Positions 1-13,260 of a stretch of 54,158 nucleotides of DNA are shown here, in pieces. The notes below the pieces were generated by a model that had not been told where the DNA came from, did no database searches, and saw only the letters and a list, made by a program, of their open reading frames with translations. Source of the stretch: Paracoccaceae bacterium. GTDB lineage: Bacteria > Pseudomonadota > Alphaproteobacteria > Rhodobacterales > Rhodobacteraceae. Every line of letters starts with the position of its first letter. The first letter of the stretch is position 1. A program made the position numbers and the translations under genes. The stretch lies in the NCBI GenBank assembly GCA_027351005.1, contig DAIEJF010000219.1:1-54158 (forward strand), in the 5' to 3' direction.

Positions 1-1913
<1,913 letters not shown>

Positions 1914-1936
1914 GTCGGTGTCTCCCGTGCCTCCGC

Positions 1937-3475
<1,539 letters not shown>

Positions 3476-4036
3476 TTATCCGACCTCTTTCATTGCATTC
3501 TGGAGAGCGCCGAGCTTCGAGCGGATCGAGGTGTCGATCATCTTCGAGCCGACCTTGACCACGAGACCGCCGATCAGCGCGGGCTCGACGGCGGTTTTCA
3601 GCTTCACATCCTTGCCGACGCGCGCCTTGATGGCCGCGGCCAGCTTTTCCGCCTGGCCCTGCGTCAGGGCCTTGGCGGTGGTGACTTCTGCGGTGATCTC
3701 GCCCTTGTCGGCGGCGATCATGTCCTGAAGCTGGGCGACCATCTGCGGCAGCACGAACAGCCGGCGCTTGGTGGCCATCAGCCCCAGCGTCTGCGCCAGC
3801 AGCACGGTCAGGCCCATCTTGCGGGCCAGCGCGGCGATCGCGGCGCCCTGCTCGTCACGCGAGAAGATCGGCGACGAGATCAGCGTGCGCAGGTCGGCAC
3901 TTTCGGCCAGCGCGGCGCCAAGCGCCTCCACATCCTGTTCGAGGCTCGGCAAGGCCTGATCGTCGCGGGCCAGTTCGAAAACGGCCGTTGCGTAACGTGC
4001 GGCAATGCCGGAAGAGATCGATGCTGGTTCGGACAC
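3476..4036 (-). CDS. atpH: F1 ATP synthase subunit delta
   Basis: GTG start ([20 protein letters not shown]) after a GGAAGG RBS; C-terminus [22 protein letters not shown]. Confidence 0.95.
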   Translation of the reverse strand: MSEPASISSGIAARYATAVFELARDDQALPSLEQDVEALGAALAESADLRTLISSPIFSRDEQGAAIAALARKMGLTVLLAQTLGLMATKRRLFVLPQMVAQLQDMIAADKGEITAEVTTAKALTQGQAEKLAAAIKARVGKDVKLKTAVEPALIGGLVVKVGSKMIDTSIRSKLGALQNAMKEVG

Positions 4037-4136
4037 GTCCACCCTTCCGATGTTCGGGCCATCCGGGTGAACGAACACGCCGGACAGACACCCCCCATGA
4101 CGCGTGCAGGCGCACGCCCCCTTCAAATTCGGCGTG

Positions 4137-4165
4137 GGTGTAGCAGAGGACTTTTCCCCCCGCAA
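4137..4165 (-). promoter_or_regulatory. Candidate sigma70 promoter of atpHAGD
   Basis: TTGCGG-17 nt-TACACC on the minus strand, about 100 nt upstream of atpH. Confidence 0.4.
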
Positions 4166-4309
4166 CCATCTTGCTCACGATCTGGTGAGGGTCGGTTTAC
4201 GCAATATCAAGGACTTGGCGGCGCCTCACGAAACTGCGACCCCTCTGCGGCAAATGGCCTTGCCAGAATCCCCGATGCGCGTGGCGCAAATGCCGGACTC
4301 TGCACTGAA

Positions 4310-5056
4310 TCATGCGGGCTCGACCCCCGGCACGGGCAGCCCTTCCAGCACCTTCAGCGGGCGGCGCACCACGTCGCGCAGCCCTGTCCGGGTGGGGGCG
4401 TAGACCTGTTTCGAGGCTTCGACCATCAGGACCCCGCCCGACAGCCAAGGTTGCAGCCAGCCGCCCAGCCGTTCCCAGCTGTTCGCCGTGCGCAGCCAGA
4501 ACCGCCGCTGCGAGGGCGGGGCGTACAGCACCGAAGCCTGCCGCTCGGGGGTGAAGTCATGCTTGCGCAGAAGCGCCTCGAGCTGACCCAGCGAATAGGG
4601 GTGGCCGTGGCCGAACGGCGTCGCCTCGCGCCGCGCCCACAGCCCTGCGCGGGCGGGAACGACAAAGATCGCGCGTCCGCCCGGCCCCAGGACCCGCCAG
4701 CATTCGTCCAGCACCGCGCCCGGGTTCTCGGATGTCTCCAGCCCGTGCAGCACTACCAGACGGTCGACCATCACGGTCGGGATCGGCCACTGTGTTTCCT
4801 CGGCCAGCACGGCGGTATTGGCCTGCCCGCCGGGCCAGGGCATCACCCCCTGCGGCGCGGGCATCAGCCCGATCACCCGCCGCGCCTCGCTCAGATAGGG
4901 CCGCAGCAATGGCACGGCAAAGCCGTAGCCCACGACCGTCTGCCCCGTCAGCGGCGGCCACAGCGCCACCAGCTTGTCGCGGATCGCCCGCTGGGCCACC
5001 CGGCCCAATTGGGTGCGGTAGTAGAAATTCCGCAGATCCAGCACGTCCAGATGCAT
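4310..5056 (-). CDS. Class I SAM-dependent methyltransferase-like protein (YafS-like, divergent from gloB)
   Basis: [18 protein letters not shown]; [10 protein letters not shown]...[11 protein letters not shown]; typical divergent position to gloB. Confidence 0.8.
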   Translation of the reverse strand: MHLDVLDLRNFYYRTQLGRVAQRAIRDKLVALWPPLTGQTVVGYGFAVPLLRPYLSEARRVIGLMPAPQGVMPWPGGQANTAVLAEETQWPIPTVMVDRLVVLHGLETSENPGAVLDECWRVLGPGGRAIFVVPARAGLWARREATPFGHGHPYSLGQLEALLRKHDFTPERQASVLYAPPSQRRFWLRTANSWERLGGWLQPWLSGGVLMVEASKQVYAPTRTGLRDVVRRPLKVLEGLPVPGVEPA

Positions 5057-5201
5057 CAAGGAGCCCTTCGCAGGTCAGCCCCGATCATACGCAACCTTCG
5101 CCCGAATGCCATGCCCTCGGGCCGGGCATGCCATCGCCGCTGGCGGAACCGGCGGTCACATCCTAGATAACAGCGGACGCTTTGACGAAAGGCCCCCCGC
5201 G

Positions 5202-5969
5202 ATGCCGCTGGAACTGGTGACGATCCCCTGCCTGAAGGACAATTACGCCTACCTGCTGCATGACGCGGCCACTGGCGAAACCGCGCTGGTGGACGCCCCC
5301 GAGGCCGCGCCGATCCTGGCCGCGCTGGCCGCACGCGGCTGGGCGCTGCACCAGATCCTGCTGACCCATCACCATCCCGATCACGTCGATGGCGTGCCGG
5401 CCCTTGTCGCGGCGACCGGCGCGCGGGTCCTGGGGGCCGCCGCCGATGCCCACCGCCTGCCGCCGCTGGACCGTGCGTTGAGTGACGGCGACACGGTCGA
5501 GGTGGCGGGCAGCGTCGGACATGTGATCGACGTGTCGGGCCACACGATGGGGCACATCGCCTTCCACTTTCCGGCCGATGCCGTCGTCTTTACCGCCGAC
5601 AGCCTGATGGCGCTTGGCTGCGGCCGCCTGTTCGAGGGCCCGCCCGACACGATGTGGCGCAGCCTGACCCGGCTGGCGGGCCTGCCTGCCGAAACGACCG
5701 TCTGTTCGGGGCACGAATACACGTTGGGCAACGCCCGTTTCGCGCTGACGATCGAGCCCGCCAACCCCGCCCTGCAGGCCCGCGCGGCCGCGGTGCAGGC
5801 CGCGCGCAGCGAAGGGCGGCCCACCGTGCCGTCGCGGCTGGCCGAGGAATTGGCCACCAACCCGTTCCTGCGCGCCCACCTGCCCGCGCTGAAGGCCGCG
5901 CTGGGGATGGAAGGCGCGTCGGATGTCGAGGTTTTCGCCGAGATCCGCCGCCGCAAGGACGTGTTCTGA
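5202..5969 (+). CDS. gloB: Hydroxyacylglutathione hydrolase (glyoxalase II)
   Basis: DNYAYLL, THHHPDH metallo-beta-lactamase motif, GHEYT, ELATNPFLR. Confidence 0.95.
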   Translation: MPLELVTIPCLKDNYAYLLHDAATGETALVDAPEAAPILAALAARGWALHQILLTHHHPDHVDGVPALVAATGARVLGAAADAHRLPPLDRALSDGDTVEVAGSVGHVIDVSGHTMGHIAFHFPADAVVFTADSLMALGCGRLFEGPPDTMWRSLTRLAGLPAETTVCSGHEYTLGNARFALTIEPANPALQARAAAVQAARSEGRPTVPSRLAEELATNPFLRAHLPALKAALGMEGASDVEVFAEIRRRKDVF

Positions 5970-6148
5970 GCCGTCCGGCCTTCTACGCCCGGTCGGCGGC
6001 GATCACTTTTTGCGCGCCCTGCGAATATTCCGCGCGCCGACCGAAAAAACCCTTGAAGCGCGCCGAAGAACACCGAACTTTAAATCTATGAGGCCAGGGT
6101 CGGCACAGGCATCCCCCACCGTCGGCCCGCAGGATAGGAGCACGTGCA

Positions 6149-8470
6149 GTGCCGTCATTTTCGAACACGCTCGAGCAAGCCATCCACAGCGCGCTGGCGC
6201 TTGCCAATGCGCGCCGTCACGAGCTCGCGACGCTGGAGCACCTGCTTCTGGCGCTGATCGACGAGCCTGACGCAGCCAAGGTGATGCGGGCCTGCTCCGT
6301 CGATCTGGAGGCGCTGCGGCGCACCCTTGTCGATTTCATCGACGACGATCTCTCGACTCTGGTCACCGATGTCGAGGGCTCCGAGGCCGTTCCCACCGCC
6401 GCCTTCCAGCGCGTGATCCAGCGCGCCGCGATCCATGTCCAGTCTTCGGGCCGGACCGAGGTGACGGGTGCCAACGTGCTGGTGGCGATCTTCGCCGAAC
6501 GCGAATCCAATGCCGCCTATTTCCTGCAAGAACAGGACATGACGCGCTATGACGCGGTGAACTTCATCGCGCATGGCGTGGCCAAGGACCCGTCCTTCGG
6601 CGAAGCCCGCCCCGTGACGGGCGCCGACCAGCCGCAGGAAACCCCCAAGGCCGAGGCCGGCGAGGCCAAGGAATCCGCGCTGTCCAAGTATTGCGTGGAC
6701 CTGAACACCAAGGCCCGCAAGGGCGACGTGGATCCCCTGATCGGCCGCGAGTCCGAGGTGGAACGCTGCATTCAGGTTCTGTGCCGCCGCCGCAAGAACA
6801 ACCCGCTGCTGGTGGGCGACCCCGGTGTGGGCAAGACCGCCATCGCAGAAGGGCTGGCCTGGAAGATCGTGCAGGGCGAAACGCCCGAGATCCTGGCCCA
6901 TGCCACGATCTATTCGCTCGACATGGGCGCGCTTCTGGCGGGCACCCGCTACCGCGGCGACTTCGAGGAACGCCTGAAGGCCGTGGTGAAGGAGATGGAG
7001 GATCACCCCGACGCGATCCTGTTCATCGACGAGATCCACACCGTGATCGGCGCGGGCGCCACCTCGGGCGGGGCGATGGACGCCTCGAACCTGCTCAAGC
7101 CCGCGCTGCAGGGCGGCAAGCTGCGCTGCATGGGCTCGACCACCTACAAGGAGTTCCGCCAGCACTTCGAAAAGGACCGCGCGCTGTCGCGCCGGTTCCA
7201 GAAGATCGACGTGAACGAACCCTCGGTGGAAGACTCGGTGAAGATCCTGATGGGGCTGAAACCCTATTTCGAAGAGCACCACGACCTGCGCTACACGCAT
7301 GACGCGATCCGCGCCGCCGTCGAGCTTTCGGCGCGCTACATCCATGACCGCAAGCTGCCCGACAAGGCGATCGACGTGATCGACGAGGCGGGCGCCGCCC
7401 AGCACCTGCTGAGCGAAAGCAAGCGGCGCAAGACCATCGGCCAGAAGGAGATCGAGGCGGTGGTTGCCAAGATCGCCCGCATCCCCCCGAAGAACGTCTC
7501 GAAGGACGATGCCGAGGTGCTGCGCGATCTGGAAAGATCGCTCAAGCGCGTGGTCTTCGGGCAGGACAAGGCGATCGAGGCGCTGTCCTCGGCGATCAAG
7601 CTGGCGCGCGCGGGCCTGCGCGAGCCGGAAAAGCCCATCGGCAACTACCTGTTCGCGGGCCCGACCGGCGTCGGCAAGACCGAGGTCGCCAAGCAGCTTG
7701 CCAGCACGCTGGGGGTGGAACTGCTGCGCTTCGACATGTCGGAGTTCATGGAGAAACACTCGGTGTCGCGCCTGATCGGCGCACCTCCGGGCTATGTGGG
7801 CTTCGATCAGGGCGGCATGCTGACGGACGGGGTGGACCAGCATCCGCATTGCGTGCTGCTGCTGGACGAGATGGAAAAGGCCCACCCCGATGTCTACAAC
7901 ATCCTGCTGCAGGTGATGGACCACGGGAAGCTCACCGACCACAACGGCCGGACGGTGGACTTCCGCAACGTGATCCTGATCATGACGTCGAACGCGGGGG
8001 CCTCGGAAATGGCGAAGGCGGCGATCGGCTTTGGCCGTGACCGGCGCGAGGGCGAGGATACCGCCGCCATCGAGCGGACCTTCACGCCCGAGTTCCGCAA
8101 CCGTCTGGATGCCGTCATCAGCTTTGCCCCGCTGGCCAAGGAGGTGATCCTGCAGGTGGTGGAAAAGTTCGTGCTGCAACTCGAAGCGCAGCTGATGGAC
8201 CGCAACGTCCATATCGAGCTGACGCCAGAGGCCGCCGCCTGGCTGGGCGACAAGGGCTACGACGACAAGATGGGCGCCCGCCCGCTGGGCCGGGTGATCC
8301 AGGAACACATCAAGAAGCCGCTGGCCGAAGAACTTCTGTTCGGCAAGCTGACCAAGGGTGGCGTGGTCCGCGTCCGGCTGAAGGACGACGCGATCGACCT
8401 TCAGATCGACGAACCCTCGCGCCCGCGGCTGCCCTCGGGCCAGAAGCCGCCGCTGCTGACCGCGGAATGA
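6149..8470 (+). CDS. clpA: ATP-dependent Clp protease ATP-binding subunit ClpA
   Basis: Two AAA+ modules ([16 protein letters not shown]), ClpP-docking IGF loop, no ClpB middle domain, 773 aa. Confidence 0.97.
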   Translation: MPSFSNTLEQAIHSALALANARRHELATLEHLLLALIDEPDAAKVMRACSVDLEALRRTLVDFIDDDLSTLVTDVEGSEAVPTAAFQRVIQRAAIHVQSSGRTEVTGANVLVAIFAERESNAAYFLQEQDMTRYDAVNFIAHGVAKDPSFGEARPVTGADQPQETPKAEAGEAKESALSKYCVDLNTKARKGDVDPLIGRESEVERCIQVLCRRRKNNPLLVGDPGVGKTAIAEGLAWKIVQGETPEILAHATIYSLDMGALLAGTRYRGDFEERLKAVVKEMEDHPDAILFIDEIHTVIGAGATSGGAMDASNLLKPALQGGKLRCMGSTTYKEFRQHFEKDRALSRRFQKIDVNEPSVEDSVKILMGLKPYFEEHHDLRYTHDAIRAAVELSARYIHDRKLPDKAIDVIDEAGAAQHLLSESKRRKTIGQKEIEAVVAKIARIPPKNVSKDDAEVLRDLERSLKRVVFGQDKAIEALSSAIKLARAGLREPEKPIGNYLFAGPTGVGKTEVAKQLASTLGVELLRFDMSEFMEKHSVSRLIGAPPGYVGFDQGGMLTDGVDQHPHCVLLLDEMEKAHPDVYNILLQVMDHGKLTDHNGRTVDFRNVILIMTSNAGASEMAKAAIGFGRDRREGEDTAAIERTFTPEFRNRLDAVISFAPLAKEVILQVVEKFVLQLEAQLMDRNVHIELTPEAAAWLGDKGYDDKMGARPLGRVIQEHIKKPLAEELLFGKLTKGGVVRVRLKDDAIDLQIDEPSRPRLPSGQKPPLLTAE

Positions 8471-8495
8471 TCCGCCCAAGCCGCGCCTGATCCCG

Positions 8496-8530
8496 CCCCC
8501 GCCGGTCCGACCGGCGGGGGTTTTCCTTTT
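8496..8530 (+). terminator. Intrinsic terminator of clpA
   Basis: CCCCCGCCGG-TCCGA-CCGGCGGGGG 10-bp stem followed by TTTTCCTTTT. Confidence 0.85.
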
Positions 8531-8596
8531 GCGCGTCGGGGAGGGCCGGGGTGGCTGCGGCAGGCGCCACGGCCATTGGCCCCACCCGTCCCTGCC

Positions 8597-10213
8597 CTAT
8601 TTCTCGGTCAGCTTCAGCTCGATCCGCCGGTTCTGCGCCCGCGCCGCGGGGCTGTCGCCGGTGGCCACCGGCTGGAATTCGCCATAGCCGCTGGCGGCCA
8701 GCCGCGTGGGCGGGAAGCCCTGGCTGACCATGTAGCGCACGACCGACAGTGCGCGGGCCTGGCTCAGTTCCCAGTTGTCCTTGAACTGGCCGGTGCCCGA
8801 CAGCGGCGTATTGTCGGTGAAGCCGTTGACCTGCAGGATCCAGTTGATGCCCGGCGGCATCTGTGCGGCCACCCCTTGCAGGATGCTGGCCACCTTGGCG
8901 ATCTGCACCTTGCCGTCGTCCGACAGGTCGGCCGAGCCGGGCGCGAAAAGCACTTCGGACGGGAAGACGAAGCGGTCGCCCACCACCTTCACGCCGTCTT
9001 GCCCGGCAAGCACCTGGCTGACCTTGCCGAAGAACTCGCTGCGATAGGCCTCAAGCTGCTGGTTCTGCGCCTGCAGCCGCTTGCGCTCGGCCTCTTCGAG
9101 GTCGGCGCGTTTCTTCTGCTCGTCGGCAAGTTGCGCCAGCGCGGCGTTCAACTGGCTGCCAAGCGACTGGATCTGTACGTTGTTCGCCGTGTCCTTGGCG
9201 GACGAGGCATCAAGCATCCCCTGCAGGCTTGCCAACTGGCTGCGCATGGCGGCGATCTGCTGGTTCAGCAACGCCACCTGCCGCGCGCTTTCCGCGCCCT
9301 TCTGCTGGGCGTCCGTCAGCGCCTGCTGGGCGGTGGCCAGAAGGGCCGCGTTCTTCTGCGCCTCGGTCAACTGGGTCTGCGCGTCCGCCGCGGCCTGCGC
9401 CTTGGCGGTCTGCGCCGCGGCCAGCAGCGTCAGCGTGTCTTCAGCCTTCTTGCGCTGTTCCTCCAGCGCCAGCGTCATCGAAGTCAGTTCGGCCTGCGAA
9501 TCCTGCAACTTCTTGCGCAGCGCCTCGGCGGCCGCGGCATCCACAAGCTGCTGCTGTTCGGCATCCGTCAGTTTCGCCTGCGCCGCCTGAAGCGCGGTGT
9601 CCTTGTCGTTCATCTGGCGGTGCAGGTCGGCCGCCAGCGCCTCCAGCGCGTCGCGCCGCGCGGCCGCCAGCCGGGCGGCCTCGGTCTGCGCATCAATCTC
9701 GCTGCGGGCCTTGGCGATGGCAAGCTGCAGCGCATCCTGTTCCTGCTGCAGCTTGTCACGCGCCGCGGTCAGGTCGCCCACCTGCTGGCCAAGCTGGGCG
9801 ATCTGGCCCTGCGCCGCGGTCTTGTCGGCCAGAAGGCTGGCCACCTGCTGTTCGAAATCGGTGATCTTGGCCTGCGCCGCCGAGAGGTCAGAGGTTTTCT
9901 GCGCGATCTGCCCGTTCAGCGTGGCGATCAGCGCGTCCTGCTGTTTGGCCCTGGCATCCGCGTCGTTCAACTGCGCCTTCATCTTGGCCGCATCGGTCCG
10001 TGCCAGCCCCAGCGCATCGGCAAGGCTCTGCACCTGGGCGTTCAGCGCGTCAAGCTGGTTGCCCTGCACCGTGATCGTCTGGCGCAGCACGAACTGCACG
10101 ATCAGGAAGATCGTGACGACGAACATCAGCACCAGCAGAAGCGAGCTCATCGCATCGACGAAGCCCGGCCAGATCGGCGCCTCGCCCCGGCTGCCGCGGC
10201 GTGACAGGCCCAT
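8597..10213 (-). CDS. MotB-like protein: one TM helix, long coiled coil, C-terminal OmpA-like peptidoglycan-binding domain
   Basis: WPGFVDAMSSLLLVLMFVV TM with intramembrane Asp; A/Q/L heptad region; NWELSQARA...GYGEFQP...NRRIELKL. Confidence 0.88.
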   Translation of the reverse strand: MGLSRRGSRGEAPIWPGFVDAMSSLLLVLMFVVTIFLIVQFVLRQTITVQGNQLDALNAQVQSLADALGLARTDAAKMKAQLNDADARAKQQDALIATLNGQIAQKTSDLSAAQAKITDFEQQVASLLADKTAAQGQIAQLGQQVGDLTAARDKLQQEQDALQLAIAKARSEIDAQTEAARLAAARRDALEALAADLHRQMNDKDTALQAAQAKLTDAEQQQLVDAAAAEALRKKLQDSQAELTSMTLALEEQRKKAEDTLTLLAAAQTAKAQAAADAQTQLTEAQKNAALLATAQQALTDAQQKGAESARQVALLNQQIAAMRSQLASLQGMLDASSAKDTANNVQIQSLGSQLNAALAQLADEQKKRADLEEAERKRLQAQNQQLEAYRSEFFGKVSQVLAGQDGVKVVGDRFVFPSEVLFAPGSADLSDDGKVQIAKVASILQGVAAQMPPGINWILQVNGFTDNTPLSGTGQFKDNWELSQARALSVVRYMVSQGFPPTRLAASGYGEFQPVATGDSPAARAQNRRIELKLTEK

Positions 10214-10216
10214 CGC

Positions 10217-11548
10217 CTAGCCCCGCCCGATCGGCTGGCCGGCGCCGCGCGACAGTTGGCGGATCGCCGCGGTCAGCGCCGCCAGGTCGCTGCGCAGGTC
10301 GGCCATGCTTTCCTGCCGCCCGGCCGAGATCTCTTCCAGAATCCGCAGAAGCTGCACGTCGATCGAGCGCAGGCGCATCCGGCTTTCGGCGTCGACATGC
10401 TCGCCCCCGGCCCCGGCCTCGGGGGGATGGGCAGCGGCGCTGCGCTCCTGTGCCCGCGCCGCGCGGTCCTGCGCCTCGACCACCCGTTCCAGCCCCTCGG
10501 CCAGCCGGTCCTGCCGCACCAGCCCGCGTTCCATCGTCTCGATCAGCCTGTCCTGGGCAATGGCACTGCGGTCCTGCGCCTCGGCCAGGCGGGCCAGCGC
10601 GGTGCCGGTGCCAGCCACACCTTCCAGCCGCACGGCCACCCGCCCCACCGCCTCGATCAGCGCGCCCATCCGCTGTTCGATCGAGGCGCGGCTTTCCTCG
10701 GACTGGGTGAACAGGATCTGAAGGGATTCGATCTGTTCGGCCATGTGGTCAAGAACGCCGACCACCACGCCCTGGTCAAAGCCTCCATCACCCTCGGCGC
10801 TGGCAAAGCCCACGCGGGTGATCGACGACAGCCACTCTTCCAGTTCGCGGTAGAAGCGGTTCTGGCCGTGGCTGGCAAACAGTTCGATCAACCCCAGCAC
10901 AAGCGAGCCGAACAGGCCCAGGAGCGAGGACGAGAACGCCATCCCCATCCCGCCCAACTGCGATTGCAGCCCGCCCATCAGTTTCTCGAACACCTGCGTC
11001 GCCGTCTCGCCTTCCTTTGGCGCAAGCGAGCGGATGGTTTCCACCACCGCGGGCACGGTGGTGGCCAGCCCCCAGAACGTGCCCAGAAGCCCCAGGAAGA
11101 TCAGCAGGTTGGTCAGGTAGCGCGTGACATCGCGTTCCTCGTCGATCCGGGTCGCCACGGAATCGAGCATCGACGCGGTCGCGGTGCTGTTGATCTGCGA
11201 CCGTGCGCTGGAGCGCGAGCGCAAGAGGTTGGCCAACGAGACCAGAAGCTGCGGGGGGCGCACCTGATCGTGGCCGGGCACATGGGCCGCGAAATCCACG
11301 ATCCAGCGGACCGAGGTGAACAGTTGGATCACCTGCCAGAAGCTGGCAAGGACGCCGATCACGAAGACCAGGATGATGACCGTGTTAAGCCCGGGGTTCG
11401 AACGGAACACGACCTCGAACCGGCTCCAGGCGAAATAGGCGCCGATCGCGACCAGCACCAGAATGACCAGCATGGTCGTGATCTGCCGGACCGGCCGAGA
11501 AAAATTCGCTGCCGCCGCGCGCGCGGGCTTGTCTGTCAGCACGGGCAT
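10217..11548 (-). CDS. MotA/TolQ/ExbB-family proton-channel-like membrane protein with extended C-terminal tail
   Basis: Four hydrophobic segments; LIFLGLLGTFWGL and GMGMAFSSSLLGL channel helices; 3 nt upstream of the MotB-like gene. Confidence 0.85.
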   Translation of the reverse strand: MPVLTDKPARAAAANFSRPVRQITTMLVILVLVAIGAYFAWSRFEVVFRSNPGLNTVIILVFVIGVLASFWQVIQLFTSVRWIVDFAAHVPGHDQVRPPQLLVSLANLLRSRSSARSQINSTATASMLDSVATRIDEERDVTRYLTNLLIFLGLLGTFWGLATTVPAVVETIRSLAPKEGETATQVFEKLMGGLQSQLGGMGMAFSSSLLGLFGSLVLGLIELFASHGQNRFYRELEEWLSSITRVGFASAEGDGGFDQGVVVGVLDHMAEQIESLQILFTQSEESRASIEQRMGALIEAVGRVAVRLEGVAGTGTALARLAEAQDRSAIAQDRLIETMERGLVRQDRLAEGLERVVEAQDRAARAQERSAAAHPPEAGAGGEHVDAESRMRLRSIDVQLLRILEEISAGRQESMADLRSDLAALTAAIRQLSRGAGQPIGRG

Positions 11549-11603
11549 GGCCCCCCCGATGAACCGCGGGAACAATAGGCGGCAGGCGGGCGGCTGCCAA
11601 CCG

Positions 11604-12173
11604 TCATCTGGCCGTGCCGCAAGACCGTTGCATCGCTGCCGACAGGGCACGCACCCGTTCTGCAAGCCAGCTTAGGTCGGCATCGGCGATCCCGATCGCG
11701 GCAAGGTGTTCGGCCGTGTTGTACAGGTAATCCCGGTTCGGCCCCCGCCCGCCCGTGGCGGCCGCGATGATGGCGGCCTGTTCCTATGGCGGCAGGCCGC
11801 CGAAATACTGAACATGATCGGGGTCGATCACGAAGGTCAGCGCGCTGACCCCCCGCCCGTCGCGCAGCCTCACCGCCTGCCGGGTTTCCAGATAGGCCGA
11901 GGAGATCAGCTCGCGTTCGCGCAGCGCGGCCAGAGTGTCGGCCTCGGCGCCCGGTTCCACCCGGAAGGCCACGCCGTCGCAGAAGGCGCCGGGGCGGGCA
12001 TCAAGCGCCAGCACCAGCCCCGGCGCGGCCTCGGTTCCGCGATGGTGGATCGAGCGCATGCAGAACGACCGCTGCCAGCCGTCAAGCCGGGCGATGGCCT
12101 GTTCGGCCACCGGAAAGCCCGGGTGCCAGATCAGCGATCCGTAGCCGAAGACCCAGAGCGGGGTATCCTGCAT
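11604..12173 (-). pseudogene. chaC: ChaC-like gamma-glutamylcyclotransferase interrupted by an in-frame TAG at 11784-11786
   Basis: WVFGYGSLIW, RSIHHRGT, LRERELI; after the TAG the same frame continues EQAAIIAAATGGRGPNRDYLYNTAEHL to a TGA at 11604. Confidence 0.8.
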
Positions 12174-12236
12174 GTGGCTGGCCCTCCTGCCGCGCGCCAT
12201 ATAGACAGCGCGGCAGGCATAGGAAACGGGGGCGCG

Positions 12237-13229
12237 ATGCGCAAGCTCACAGGATTGGTGGTCGTGCTGTTCGTGCTGTGGGGCGGCTGGTGGGCGTTCA
12301 CCTCGCGCATGGAAACCCGTCTTGTCCGCGCGGCCTTCGCCGAGCGCAAGGCGGCGGGCTGGACCGCCGATTACAGCAGCCTGGGCGTTGCGGGATTTCC
12401 CAACCGGCTGGATCTGACGGTGAACGACATCGCGCTGGGGGCGCCGGGCACAGGCGTCATCTGGCGCGCGCCCTTCGCGCAGGTGCTGGGGCTGACCTAC
12501 AACCCCTGGCACGTCATCGCGGCCTTTCCGAACAGCCAGGAAATCGAGACCCCCGCGGGAACCTTCACGCTGGGCTCGTCGCGGATGGAGGCCAGCCTTG
12601 AAACCCGGCCTGGGCTGGACTTCACGCTGGCCAGCATCGTGGCAGTGATCGACAAGCCGGTGGTGACCGCAAGCCTTGGCTGGCAGGTCTCGGCCGATTA
12701 CGTCCGCGCCGCCACGCGGCAGGTGCCCGGCCGCGCCAGCGCGCAGGAAATCGGGGTGGAAACCGCCAATGTCGCCCCGGATGCAGCGCTGCACGCGGCC
12801 CTGGACCCGACCGGCACCCTGCCGCCCGCGCTGAGCCGGATCTATCTGGATGCCGAGGCAGGCTTCACGGCCCCGATCGACCGCCGCAGCGCCACCACCC
12901 CGCCCCTGCTGACCGATCTGGCGGTGAAGCAGGCCGATGTTCTCTGGGGGCCGATGCGGCTTTCGGCCACGGGCAAGGTGACGGTGGATGCGCCAGGCAT
13001 CCCCGCCGGGCGCATCACGCTGACCGCGTAGGGCTGGCGGCAGATGGTCCCCGTCGCCGTGGCACTGGGGTTGGTGCGGCCAGAACTGGAACAGACGGTC
13101 ACGAACATGCTGGCGGAACTGGCCAAGGGTTCGGGCAAGCCTGACACGGTGGACCTGCCGCTGGTGTTCGAGAAGGGCTGGATGAGCCTTGGCCCGCTGC
13201 CGCTGGGCCCTGCGCCGCGCCTGCGCTAG
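12237..13229 (+). pseudogene. DUF2125-like exported protein interrupted by an in-frame TAG at 13029-13031
   Basis: N-terminal TM (MRKLTGLVVVLFVLWGGWW), GFPNRLDLT; RITLTA*GWRQMV continues in frame to the typical C-terminus SLGPLPLGPAPRLR. Confidence 0.7.
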
Positions 13230-13260
13230 CCGGGCGCGACCGACGCCGCCCGGCCTCTTC

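Noticed and set aside
6000-6148. No clpS upstream of clpA
   Set aside because: clpS is often unlinked in Alphaproteobacteria; absence from this window is uninformative.
8597-11548. Calling the MotAB-like pair a Zorya defence system or flagellar motAB
   Set aside because: No ZorC/D/E, defence-island or flagellar context. Kept only as an orphan motor.
11784-13031. Genome-wide TAG recoding or pyrrolysine as the explanation for the two internal stops
   Set aside because: TAG is the normal stop of many genes here (purK, trxB, ybjN, the MotA/MotB-like pair, CHAD). No pyl genes or suppressor tRNA are seen, and class I LysRS is ordinary in this lineage.
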